A stretch of DNA of 64,000 nt from Candidatus Saccharimonadales bacterium (GCA_038211855.1 JBBQVE010000005.1:33-64032); one strand, 5' to 3'. Positions 18,005 through 26,798 are shown, counted from the stretch's first letter. A program made the numbers and translations. Notes: generated from the sequence alone by a model not told the origin.

Positions 18005-19288
18005 CTATGGCCGCGTCGGTGGTGTCAGAATCTTCGAGCCGGTAAAACTATTATTCGGATCAGCAAACGGTTGTTTGAGAACCGTACCGTCGCCTAACTG
18101 GCCACCTTGGCAGTTCAACATCCCGTGTATACAGGTATTTGTCCACTTTGTCAAGATGGCCGGATCCCATGCACCCAACCAGTCGCTGTGAAAAGTCGAA
18201 CCATTCGGGTACACGGGCATACTCGGCATCCGATCGGACGATAAATACCAGCTGGATGAAGGCCCGTCGGCTGCGGCATCTGTGAACCAAATCCCCAGTT
18301 CGATCGTCGGTAGATTTACTGCCACTGTTCCGTCTGACTGCTTGACACCGAACCCAACGGGGCACTCCGGAAAATTGTGACCAACATAGGCAGCATAAGC
18401 AAGATGTGAGCGATGATCAGCACTATCTAAGTCGTGTCCATCCCAGCATGGCGGAAAAGCTACATGCACTCCTACGCGCTCACCGGCCGGGCACGTTGGG
18501 ATAGTATTTTGCTTTACCTGCGTCGTCTCGCAGTACCAATCAAAGTGGCGAGTGCTGTTATCAGCCCCGGCAGTGAGGTTGTAACCGGCAATCATACGAA
18601 GGCCCGCTGGAAGTTCTAAGACAGAATGAATCACCGATTGGGATAGGGTATTCTCACCCTTGTAATAGACGCTGATAAAGTCGGGAACTATGACATTGTT
18701 TGATTGATTAAAAACGGCAGGGAACCAATAGCCGGTGCGGTTGAGTGGACCACCCTGACAGGTGCCATCGCCCGAAGTGCGCAGAGATTGATACGTGCTA
18801 TTGGCATCAGTCAAGCTGTTTCCGAAAAACATATGCAAATGTGCCGATGCGCCAGACTGACCGGGGTACACGATCGGATCGTCGTAGCTTAAGTGCGAGT
18901 AGCCACAAATAAGCCGAAAATTACCGGTCGGTTCATTCGCAGTAGAGGCCGGAATGGTCCCGCCACTCACCAAATACTGGCTGGAATCAAAATTACTGGC
19001 GATAGCGGGAATAGAACCAGCCTGAGGGTACTCGCAGTTGGGCGGTGTGCCGACTTCAAAGATGGGGCAGGTGTTGGTGCTGGAATTCGCTGCGAAGCTT
19101 ATGTAGTGCCCATCAGAAGCAGAAGAATCGACGCCATCCACTGCGCCATTAGTTTTTGTACCCGTTTCTGGTTCGATAGAATTTGTGTTGGTAGCAGCAT
19201 GAGAAAAAGTCAGGATAAGCGTGCCGACAACTCCAAATACCAGAACAGCAACAAACCCAACAATGCTTCGTAGATGTACCTTTCGCAT
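18005..19288 (-). CDS. secreted DUF1996-like protein
   Basis: Start at MRKVHLRS plus a signal-anchor (ORF track start 19333 is a TTG). It carries the same IEPETG...ASDGHYISF...GTPPNC leader module as ORF 68..1003. The core DPIVYPGQSGASAHLHMFFGN resembles DUF1996 (by memory). Confidence 0.6.
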   Translation of the reverse strand: MRKVHLRSIVGFVAVLVFGVVGTLILTFSHAATNTNSIEPETGTKTNGAVDGVDSSASDGHYISFAANSSTNTCPIFEVGTPPNCEYPQAGSIPAIASNFDSSQYLVSGGTIPASTANEPTGNFRLICGYSHLSYDDPIVYPGQSGASAHLHMFFGNSLTDANSTYQSLRTSGDGTCQGGPLNRTGYWFPAVFNQSNNVIVPDFISVYYKGENTLSQSVIHSVLELPAGLRMIAGYNLTAGADNSTRHFDWYCETTQVKQNTIPTCPAGERVGVHVAFPPCWDGHDLDSADHRSHLAYAAYVGHNFPECPVGFGVKQSDGTVAVNLPTIELGIWFTDAAADGPSSSWYLSSDRMPSMPVYPNGSTFHSDWLGAWDPAILTKWTNTCIHGMLNCQGGQLGDGTVLKQPFADPNNSFTGSKILTPPTRP

Positions 19289-19343
19289 TTGTATGTACAT
19301 TACCATAATTGGTGACCGGATTGGATGTATCAAATGTACGTAG

Positions 19344-19372
19344 TTGCTACGAAGATTGATATCTGTTAGAAT
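19344..19372 (+). promoter_or_regulatory. rpsB promoter (TTGCTA-17 nt-TGT-TAGAAT)
   Basis: -35 at 19344-19349 and an extended -10 (TGT TAGAAT) at 19364-19372. This leaves a leader of about 100 nt before ATG 19478. Confidence 0.6.
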
Positions 19373-19477
19373 AATAGGGAAATTAATTAAGCAGTACGGG
19401 GCAAAATCCTCCTAACCAGCACCTTGTCAGGACTGGAAGGGCTAGCACCTGTACGAAGAAGAAGGATTTATGACACC

Positions 19478-20293
19478 ATGGCTACAGACGTAGACATCAA
19501 AGAACTATTAGCGGCCGGCGCGCACTTCGGTCACAAGACCAGTCGTTGGCACCCAAAAATGGCGCAATACATTCACTCCAAGCGGAATGGCAGCCATATT
19601 ATTGACCTGACAAAGACGGTTGAAGGCCTGGAAGACGCCATGGCGTTCCTCACCAAGACTGCTGCCGCTGGCAAACAGGTTTTGCTGGTATCAACAAAGC
19701 GCCAGGCTGCTGAGATGGTCCAAGAGACCGCCGAAGCCCTGAACATGCCATTTGTTGTAAACCGCTGGCTTGGTGGCATGATGACCAACCAGAAGACCAT
19801 TTCTGGCCGTATCAAGCACCTTAAAAGCCTTGAAGAGCGCATGGCCAACGGCGAACTGGCTGCTAAATACAACAAACTCGAAGTCCAACGCTTCCAAGAA
19901 GAAATCGAAGCGATGAACGTCCTCTACGGTGGCATCAAGAACATGGCAGCCAAAGTTGGCGCTGTTTTTGTCATCGACATTCTTAATGACAAGAACGCTG
20001 TTTCCGAATCCAAAGTCCTTGGTATTCCAGTCGTTGCTATTGTCGACACCAACGTTGATCCAAGCGACATCCAGTACCCGATTCCTGCCAACGATGACGC
20101 CGCGAAGGCCGTCAAACTCATTTTGAGCTACATCCAGAGCGCCATTGCTGAAGGCCAGGGAACCGCCACCAAGAATAATGAAGTTGCTGCTGCCGAATCC
20201 GAGAAAAAGGCCGTCGCCGAAGCAAAAGCAAAAGATCTCAAAGACATGACTAAAGCAGAAGATGTGGCTGCACCAGCAAAAGGAAACGGCTAG
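19478..20293 (+). CDS. rpsB: 30S ribosomal protein S2
   Basis: MATDVDIKELLAAGAHFGHKTSRWHPKM. SD AAGGA lies 11 nt upstream. The ORF track start 19424 is an upstream extension. Confidence 0.97.
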   Translation: MATDVDIKELLAAGAHFGHKTSRWHPKMAQYIHSKRNGSHIIDLTKTVEGLEDAMAFLTKTAAAGKQVLLVSTKRQAAEMVQETAEALNMPFVVNRWLGGMMTNQKTISGRIKHLKSLEERMANGELAAKYNKLEVQRFQEEIEAMNVLYGGIKNMAAKVGAVFVIDILNDKNAVSESKVLGIPVVAIVDTNVDPSDIQYPIPANDDAAKAVKLILSYIQSAIAEGQGTATKNNEVAAAESEKKAVAEAKAKDLKDMTKAEDVAAPAKGNG

Positions 20294-20307
20294 TCCGAAG
20301 ACCATAT

Positions 20308-20553
20308 ATGAGTGGTGATGAAAGATTACTAGGTGTTGCGCTCAGCAAGTTTAATGACCCGCGGTTCAGGCAGGAAAGAGCTACACAATTTCCAGGGACA
20401 CGACCTTTATTTGACGCACGTGCAGCAGCATATGAAGCTATGGTTGCGCTAGAGGCATTCGGACCTGAAATTGGAACGTGTAGTAATGAAGATCAAGTTA
20501 CATTAAAGTTTTTAGGAGATGCAGTCGTGCAACTCACTGGAAGTGGAGAATAA
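20308..20553 (+). CDS. hypothetical 81-aa protein inserted between rpsB and tsf
   Basis: ATG ORF filling the otherwise unexplained 260-bp rpsB-tsf spacer. Its stop TAA lies 1 nt before the tsf ATG, and the tsf SD (GGAGAA) is inside its 3' end. No SD of its own and no recognisable family. Confidence 0.4.
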   Translation: MSGDERLLGVALSKFNDPRFRQERATQFPGTRPLFDARAAAYEAMVALEAFGPEIGTCSNEDQVTLKFLGDAVVQLTGSGE

Positions 20554-20554
20554 T

Positions 20555-21154
20555 ATGGCAATCGATATTGATACAATCAAAAGACTTAAAGAATTAACAG
20601 GGGTTGGTTTGACCGACGCCAAGGCCGCATTAACGGATGCCGGTGGCGATTTTGACAAAGCCCTCCAAGCCATGCGTAAAAAAGGTCAGACCAAAGCCGA
20701 CAAGCGCGGCGAACGCGAAGCTCGTGCTGGCGTCATTGGCTCATATGTCCACGACAACCGTATCGGTGTTTTAGTCGAAGTAAACTGTGAGACCGATTTT
20801 GTTGCGCGCAACGAGAAGTTCACTGACCTCGTCAAAGACATAACTTTGCATATTGCTGCCAGCGCTCCAGAATACGTTAGCGAAGAAGACATTTCCCTCG
20901 AAGCAAAAGAGAAAATCGCGACTGAATTTACCGAAAAAGTCATCGCCGAAGGCAAGCCAGAAAAAATCGTTTCAAATATCGTCGAAGGCATGCTCAAGAA
21001 GTATTTTGCCGAGCGTTGTTTGCTCGATCAACCATTCGTGAAGAATCCCGATATGACCGTTGGCGACCTCGTCAAAGAGGCCAATGCCATCCTCGGTGAG
21101 AACATCGTTGTGAAACGCTTTAGCCGCCTGCAACTCGGCGAAGTAACCGCCTAA
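20555..21154 (+). CDS. tsf: translation elongation factor Ts (short form)
   Basis: UBA-like N-terminus IKRLKELTGVGLTDAKAALTDAGGDFDKALQAMRKKG. Start ATG 20555 (ORF track 20519). Confidence 0.95.
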   Translation: MAIDIDTIKRLKELTGVGLTDAKAALTDAGGDFDKALQAMRKKGQTKADKRGEREARAGVIGSYVHDNRIGVLVEVNCETDFVARNEKFTDLVKDITLHIAASAPEYVSEEDISLEAKEKIATEFTEKVIAEGKPEKIVSNIVEGMLKKYFAERCLLDQPFVKNPDMTVGDLVKEANAILGENIVVKRFSRLQLGEVTA

Positions 21155-21190
21155 GCTTGTTACAATACAATAAGTAACAAAGGAGCCAGC

Positions 21191-21754
21191 GTGAATCCAC
21201 AAGACAGCGTAGGACAAGCAGATGACAAGTTCAAAGAACAGGTAACCCACTTTGAAGGCGAGCTCAAGAAGCTCCGTACCGGCCGCGCTCACGCCAGTAT
21301 GCTTGATGGCCTGATGGTTATGGCGTACGGTGTTTCGACGCCAATTATTCAGGTTGGTAACGTCAGTGCTCCCGAACCGCAGCTCCTCCAAATTACTCCT
21401 TTTGATCCGAGTAACATTCAGGCGATAGCGTCAGCAATCCGCGATAATCCTTCACTCGGACTCAACCCAAGCGACGATGGTCGCGTGATTCGCATTCCAG
21501 TTCCTGCACTTACCACTGAACGTCGCCAACAGATTGTAAAACAGCTGAGCGAAAAAGTTGAAGATTGTATGATCGCCATGCGTCAGACCCGTCATGACGC
21601 GCTTGATAAGATTGAAAAAGCCAAAAAGGATAAAGAAATCGGCGAAGACGACGCCAAGCGTCTACAAAAAGTTCTCGATGATTCCATGTCCAAGGCCAAA
21701 ATGGACGTCGATGCCAAATCCAAGTCTAAAGAACAAGAGATAATGACGGTCTAA
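21191..21754 (+). CDS. frr: ribosome recycling factor
   Basis: FEGELKKLRTGRAHASMLDGLMV...LTTERRQQIVKQ. GTG start with AAGGAG upstream. Confidence 0.95.
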   Translation: MNPQDSVGQADDKFKEQVTHFEGELKKLRTGRAHASMLDGLMVMAYGVSTPIIQVGNVSAPEPQLLQITPFDPSNIQAIASAIRDNPSLGLNPSDDGRVIRIPVPALTTERRQQIVKQLSEKVEDCMIAMRQTRHDALDKIEKAKKDKEIGEDDAKRLQKVLDDSMSKAKMDVDAKSKSKEQEIMTV

Positions 21755-22444
21755 ATGAGTAGCGAGATACCGGCCCATGTCGGGCTCATTTTGGATGGCA
21801 ATCGTCGCTGGGCCAAGGCCAAAGGTCTGACCGTAGTCGAGGGTCACAAAGAAGGCGCTGAGACATTTAAAAAAATCTCTTTGGCCGCCTTTGACAGGGG
21901 GGTGAAGTACCTGACGGCGTTCATTTTTAGTACCGAAAACTGGTATCGTGCCAAAGAGGAAGTGTCGTTTTTGATGAAGTTGATGGTACGTGCCGTCGAG
22001 TTACATCTGGATGAGTTCCACAAAAAAAACATCAAGATTGTGATCGTTGGCAGCCGCGATAATGTGCCGGAAAGCGTGCAAAAAGCGATGGAACGAACTG
22101 AGTCAAAAACTGCCGGTAACACCGGTGGCGTGCTTGGTCTGTGCTTCAATTACGGCGGCAAACCAGAGTTGGTTGACGCGATTCGCAAAATTGCCGCTAG
22201 TGGCGTTAGCCTAACTGAAATTGATGATGAATTAGTCGATTCATATCTGTATCAACCAGAAATTCCTGGTATGGATCTGATGATTCGTACCAGTGGCGAA
22301 CGCCGTACGAGCGGGTTTATGATGTGGCGCGCAGATTATGCCGAACTGTATTTCGTCGAAAAAATGTGGCCGGACTTCACGGTCGAAGACCTAGACACCG
22401 CGCTTGCCGATTATGCCGAACGCCAACGACGCTTCGGCAAATAA
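21755..22444 (+). CDS. uppS: undecaprenyl (isoprenyl) diphosphate synthase
   Basis: HVGLILDGNRRWAK, FSTENW, and RTSGERRTSGFMMW motifs. Confidence 0.95.
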   Translation: MSSEIPAHVGLILDGNRRWAKAKGLTVVEGHKEGAETFKKISLAAFDRGVKYLTAFIFSTENWYRAKEEVSFLMKLMVRAVELHLDEFHKKNIKIVIVGSRDNVPESVQKAMERTESKTAGNTGGVLGLCFNYGGKPELVDAIRKIAASGVSLTEIDDELVDSYLYQPEIPGMDLMIRTSGERRTSGFMMWRADYAELYFVEKMWPDFTVEDLDTALADYAERQRRFGK

Positions 22445-22471
22445 CTCCCCAGTGCTGTATACTTAAGAGGA

Positions 22472-23629
22472 ATGTTTCTGTTTATACTTGGCGCGATCTT
22501 ATTTGTGAGTCTGGTGCTCGTTCACGAGTGGGGCCATGCCATCGCTGCACGCAAAAATGGCGTCGTGGTTGAGGAATTCGGTCTCGGCTTTCCACCCCGA
22601 GCGCGAAGTCTTGGCATCAAAAACGGCACCGAATACACCTTGAATTGGCTGCCGCTGGGCGGCTTCGTTAAGCTAATGGGCGAACATGATGCCGACAAAA
22701 GTAAAGGCAGCTTTGGCGCTGCCAGTATGAAGGCCAAAACAGTGATTATGTTGGCTGGTGTGGCCATGAATCTGGTCGTTGCGTATCTATTATTTACAGT
22801 TGTTGCGCTGATTGGTATGCCAAATGTGATTCCCAACCAATTTACCGTCAAAAGCGACACCAAAATAGTGCGTGATTACGATAACAAGGACGTCGTCAAC
22901 GTAGATACGGTTTTGCCGAACACGCCGGCTGAAAAAGCTGGCCTTAAGCCAGACGACAGAATCATCTCCCTGAACGGTACAAAAATCACCACAACGGAAG
23001 GCTTGAGTACTGCGACTAAACAGCATGCTGGTCAAACGGTGACGTTTACCATCAAACGAGGTGCTGAGACTGCAATCAAACAGGTGACTTTGAATCAAAC
23101 TAGCCCAAATCTTGGAGTGTCGTCTTATTCCGGTGAGACAGGTATTCAACTTCGTCGTAGTACCTGGAGCGCACCTATCGTTGCGGCCGGCGTCACCAAA
23201 GACTTTACGATGGCGACGCTCCAGGGTCTCGGCAGTGCGCTAAAGGGCCTTGGTGGCCTGATTGCTGGTAGCGTAACAGGCAATAAGCAAGCTCGACAGT
23301 CAGCACAAACGGCGGCCAGTTCACAAGTTGCCGGACCAATCGGCATCGTCCAAACGCTCTATCAAGGCAGTAAGCTTGGTATTGGCTTCATGCTCTTTAT
23401 CATTGCCGTTATTTCACTCACACTAGCTGTCATGAATGTTCTGCCGATTCCAGCGCTCGACGGTGGTCGTCTGTACACGATGCTGCTTTTCCGAGCTGCC
23501 CGCAAAAAGCTCACCCAGCACACCGAGGAACGCATACAGGCAACAGGGATGGGTGTATTGTTGGTGATTATATTACTCGTGACGATCGTCGATGTGACGC
23601 GCGTTATCCACACGCACCACTTATTCTAG
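22472..23629 (+). CDS. rseP: RIP site-2 metalloprotease RseP (M50) with PDZ
   Basis: HEWGHAIAARKNG (HExxH) in TM1, a central PDZ-like segment, and C-terminal NVLPIPALDGG. Confidence 0.93.
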   Translation: MFLFILGAILFVSLVLVHEWGHAIAARKNGVVVEEFGLGFPPRARSLGIKNGTEYTLNWLPLGGFVKLMGEHDADKSKGSFGAASMKAKTVIMLAGVAMNLVVAYLLFTVVALIGMPNVIPNQFTVKSDTKIVRDYDNKDVVNVDTVLPNTPAEKAGLKPDDRIISLNGTKITTTEGLSTATKQHAGQTVTFTIKRGAETAIKQVTLNQTSPNLGVSSYSGETGIQLRRSTWSAPIVAAGVTKDFTMATLQGLGSALKGLGGLIAGSVTGNKQARQSAQTAASSQVAGPIGIVQTLYQGSKLGIGFMLFIIAVISLTLAVMNVLPIPALDGGRLYTMLLFRAARKKLTQHTEERIQATGMGVLLVIILLVTIVDVTRVIHTHHLF

Positions 23630-24409
23630 ATGGCCATGCAGCAACTAACTTCGGTAGAAGAACCAACGCCTTCGTTACTCGAAGTGCTTGTCAATACAAT
23701 CACAACCGTGCTCAGCGCAGTCTTTGTATTTTTTGGAGCACAGTTAGTCGCCCCGTTTCTGCTCGCATTTGTAGTCCTCAGTTTTAATAGGCACGGCCAG
23801 ACACTGACCAAACTTTTTGAGTCCAATGTCTATATACATTTCTTACTTATTCTCCTCATAGAAGTAGTCACGATTTGGGGAGTCATGGTTCTTTTTAGAA
23901 TCCGCAAATGGAGCTGGGCAACCATCGGTTTAGGCCGTCGACCAGTCTGGGGTGATCTGGCGCGGGGCATACAAGTGTATGGTATCTACTTTCTTATCTT
24001 TATCGCCGTCTACGCTTTGGAGCGAGCGACACATCTTATTAACATTAACCAGAGCCAGCAATTAGGATTTGATAACACGCACGGGATCCAACTTATAGCG
24101 GTCTTTTTTTCGCTAGTTATTTTGCCGCCGATTGCCGAAGAAATTATTTTCCGCGGTTATATCTTTATGGGGCTGCGAAAAAAACTGCCCTTTATTTATT
24201 CCGCACTCATTACGAGTGCACTTTTTGGTATCGCTCATCTGGAATTCGGCAGTGGTCAGCCACTTAACTGGGCGGCAGCAATTGATACCTTTACGCTGTC
24301 GTGCGTGCTGACTTATGCAGTCGAAAAGAATCGCTCGCTATGGCCGAATATGGTCGTCCACGCCATGAAAAACCTGTTGGCTTTCATGCTGGTTTTTGTT
24401 ATTAAGTAA
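23630..24409 (+). CDS. CPBP (CAAX) family intramembrane glutamic endopeptidase
   Basis: Polytopic, with EEIIFRGYIF, FGIAHL and HAMKNL motifs. Confidence 0.85.
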   Translation: MAMQQLTSVEEPTPSLLEVLVNTITTVLSAVFVFFGAQLVAPFLLAFVVLSFNRHGQTLTKLFESNVYIHFLLILLIEVVTIWGVMVLFRIRKWSWATIGLGRRPVWGDLARGIQVYGIYFLIFIAVYALERATHLININQSQQLGFDNTHGIQLIAVFFSLVILPPIAEEIIFRGYIFMGLRKKLPFIYSALITSALFGIAHLEFGSGQPLNWAAAIDTFTLSCVLTYAVEKNRSLWPNMVVHAMKNLLAFMLVFVIK

Positions 24410-24452
24410 ATCACATCTGTTAACAGGGAGCGTTTTCCTGTAAACTAAGCGT

Positions 24453-25880
24453 ATGAGTAGTAAAAAATTATTGCCTCCAAAAACGGGGGATTTGTCCGAT
24501 TGGTATACTGGCGTCATTGCTTTGGCTGAACTTGCTGATTATGGCCCCGCAAAAGGGACGATGATTATTCGACCTTATGGCTATGCGATCTGGGAAAACA
24601 TAGTTGCTGCGCTCGATGCCGAAATCAAAGCGAAAGGCGTCGGTAATGCTTATTTCCCATTGTTTATTCCAATGAGCTTACTGCAAAAAGAGGCCGACCA
24701 CGTACAGGGTTTTGCACCAGAACTGGCTGTCGTGACGCATGGCGGCGGGGAAGAGCTCGAAGAAAAACTCGTCGTTCGTCCAACCAGCGAAACCATCATG
24801 TACCAGAGTTACTCCAAGTGGGTACAGTCGTGGCGCGATTTGCCGATTCTGATTAACCAGTGGAACAACGTTGTTCGTTGGGAGAAACGCACCATACCGT
24901 TCCTACGTACTAGCGAATTTTTGTGGCAAGAAGGTCACACTGCTCACGCCACACACGAAGAAGCTTCGGCTATGCAACTGTGGGGCATGGAAGCCTATGC
25001 GCGCATCTACCGGGACTTCATGGCAATGGACGGCTATGAGGGCTACAAGAGCGAAAGCGAGAAATTCGCCGGTGCCGACAACACCTTGACGTACGAGTCT
25101 TTGATGCCCAGCGGCAAGGCATTACAGGCCTGTACATCGCATGATTTAGGGCAGAACTTCAGCAGAGTATTTGATATCTCTTTTCAGGATAAAGACGGAG
25201 TCAATCAGTTTGTCTGGCAGACCAGCTGGGGCTTTAGTACACGCAGTATCGGCGGCTTAATTCTGGCTCATGGTGACGACAACGGCCTACGACTACCTCC
25301 GAAGATCGCACCGACGCAAGTTGTGATAGTCCCTGTTAAATCAGATGATAAGGTAGTCATGGATTATTGCGATAAACTGGTAGCCTCGCTCAAAGGCAAG
25401 GTCCGCGTGGTGCTTGATGATCGTGACGACGAAAGCTTCGGCTTCCGCTTGAATAAATGGGAAGTTAAAGGTGTGCCACTCATCTTAAAAATCGGTGGCA
25501 AAGAAGCCGAAGCAGGTACGGTAAGCGCTAAACGCCGCTATGATGGTGCCGAGCTGACATTCTCGCCGGATACGCTCGCAGAAGAGGTCGCCGTTGAACT
25601 CGATACTATCCAGGCGATGATGCTGAAAGCGAGCCAGGAGTATCTCAAAAACGAAACCCGTGAAGCCAAAGACTACGATGAGTTCAAACAGATTCTCAAA
25701 GACCATAAAGGTTTTGTTAAGGTGTATTGGAATGACAACGCCGAAATTGAGAAGAAGATCAAAGACGAGACCAAGGCTACCAGCCGTTGTAAGCCGCTCC
25801 ATTTGCGGGGCGGTGAAGGCAAAGACTTCTTTACGGGCAAACCGGCCAAGGATGTTTGGATTTTTGCCCAATCCTATTAA
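24453..25880 (+). CDS. proS: prolyl-tRNA synthetase, archaeal/eukaryote-like type
   Basis: 475 aa. The N-terminus SDWYTGVIALAELADYGPAKGTMIIRPYGYAIWE is present. There is no INS editing domain, and the C-terminal zinc-type domain ends in ...FAQSY. Confidence 0.95.
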   Translation: MSSKKLLPPKTGDLSDWYTGVIALAELADYGPAKGTMIIRPYGYAIWENIVAALDAEIKAKGVGNAYFPLFIPMSLLQKEADHVQGFAPELAVVTHGGGEELEEKLVVRPTSETIMYQSYSKWVQSWRDLPILINQWNNVVRWEKRTIPFLRTSEFLWQEGHTAHATHEEASAMQLWGMEAYARIYRDFMAMDGYEGYKSESEKFAGADNTLTYESLMPSGKALQACTSHDLGQNFSRVFDISFQDKDGVNQFVWQTSWGFSTRSIGGLILAHGDDNGLRLPPKIAPTQVVIVPVKSDDKVVMDYCDKLVASLKGKVRVVLDDRDDESFGFRLNKWEVKGVPLILKIGGKEAEAGTVSAKRRYDGAELTFSPDTLAEEVAVELDTIQAMMLKASQEYLKNETREAKDYDEFKQILKDHKGFVKVYWNDNAEIEKKIKDETKATSRCKPLHLRGGEGKDFFTGKPAKDVWIFAQSY

Positions 25881-26095
25881 ACAGAGTGTGATAAAACGCA
25901 CATTGCATGGCGTACAGGCCATTTGCTACACTTCAATCTTCAAGGCTACCTTCAGATAAGCATATACGCTAGCCTTAGGGTCAAAAAGTGAAAAATATGC
26001 TAGTAATAGCGTCCTCTGTCTGTTAAGATGGTGCAAAGCAGACGGTGGTAAACAAATCGGGTGCTTTATTTTTTTAGCTTAAAGGTATTGAGAGT

Positions 26096-26557
26096 ATGAA
26101 AAAACAATTTAAACTCACACAAACTGGTATTACGGAACTTGAAATTGAACTGAAGGCGCTCATTGCTGATCGGAGTGCAATTGCTGATCGTATCAAAACC
26201 GCCCGTGAATTTGGCGATTTGAGTGAGAATGCAGAGTATAGTTCGGCCCGCCAAGATCAAGATCGCGCCGAAAGCCGCATCGCCGAAATTGAAAAGATTC
26301 TCCAGAATGTTGAAGTCATTAAAGCGCCGAAAGGCGATAGTAAAGTCGCACTTGGCTCAAATGTCTCCCTAAAGAGCCCTGACGGCAAGACTAAACAGTT
26401 CCAAGTCGTCGGTACGGTCGAAGCAGATCCGCTCAATGGTAAGATCAGCGACGAGTCACCTATCGGCAAACAGCTCATCGGCAAAAAAGTCGGCGAAGAA
26501 GTCGAAATCAAGACGCCTGCTGAAACGGTCAGCTATACGATTGTTTCAATCGCTTAA
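26096..26557 (+). CDS. greA: transcription elongation factor GreA
   Basis: Coiled-coil N-terminus with REFGDLSENAEYSSARQDQ, plus a C-terminal FKBP-like domain. Confidence 0.95.
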   Translation: MKKQFKLTQTGITELEIELKALIADRSAIADRIKTAREFGDLSENAEYSSARQDQDRAESRIAEIEKILQNVEVIKAPKGDSKVALGSNVSLKSPDGKTKQFQVVGTVEADPLNGKISDESPIGKQLIGKKVGEEVEIKTPAETVSYTIVSIA

Positions 26558-26559
26558 TT

Positions 26560-26587
26560 TTGACACAGAAAACAATAATGATACAAT
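26560..26587 (+). promoter_or_regulatory. consensus promoter (TTGACA-16 nt, extended -10 TGA-TACAAT) immediately after the greA stop
   Basis: TTGACA at 26560-26565 and TGATACAAT at 26579-26587. Confidence 0.6.
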
Positions 26588-26593
26588 AATTCA

Positions 26594-26717
26594 TGGTTAT
26601 GAAATACATGGACGCAACAGATAATAAGAATACCGATACCAAGGCTGCTGCCTAGCGTTCTTCTTATTCCCAAAAAGAAAATCAGAACCCTCGGCAAACA
26701 GCCGAGGGTTTTTCTTT
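26594..26717 (+). ncRNA. promoter/terminator-bounded transcript of about 120 nt: candidate sRNA or leaderless micro-ORF mRNA
   Basis: It lies between the promoter at 26560-26587 and the strong terminator at 26686-26717. It contains a 20-codon ORF (26593..26655, MVMKYMDATDNKNTDTKAAA) with no SD, and an internal stem AATAAGAA / TTCTTATT. Confidence 0.35.
26686..26717 (+). terminator. rho-independent terminator
   Basis: Perfect 10-bp stem AACCCTCGGC / GCCGAGGGTT, 5-nt loop AAACA, followed by TTTCTTT. Confidence 0.85.
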
Positions 26718-26798
26718 GGGTCGATAGCAAGGCCACCCGAAGAGGAAAGACTTATCTAGGACGACCGAACATACTAAATCTGAACATGGAGAAAAGAG

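Noticed and set aside
19691-20305. 204-aa ORF antisense to almost the whole of rpsB.
   Set aside because: The sense strand encodes an unmistakable ribosomal protein S2. The antisense product is low-complexity (Phe/Gly/Val/Asn-rich) with no promoter or SD. It is the typical frame -1 shadow ORF of a highly codon-biased gene.
25881-26095. 215-bp proS-greA spacer checked for a tRNA, a T-box or a terminator.
   Set aside because: Only short imperfect hairpins are present (ATGGC/GCCAT, AAGGCTA/TAGCCTT, CTGTCTG/CAGACGG), without a cloverleaf arrangement or T-loop motif. The T-run at about 26066-26078 has no convincing upstream stem. Nothing there can be supported.
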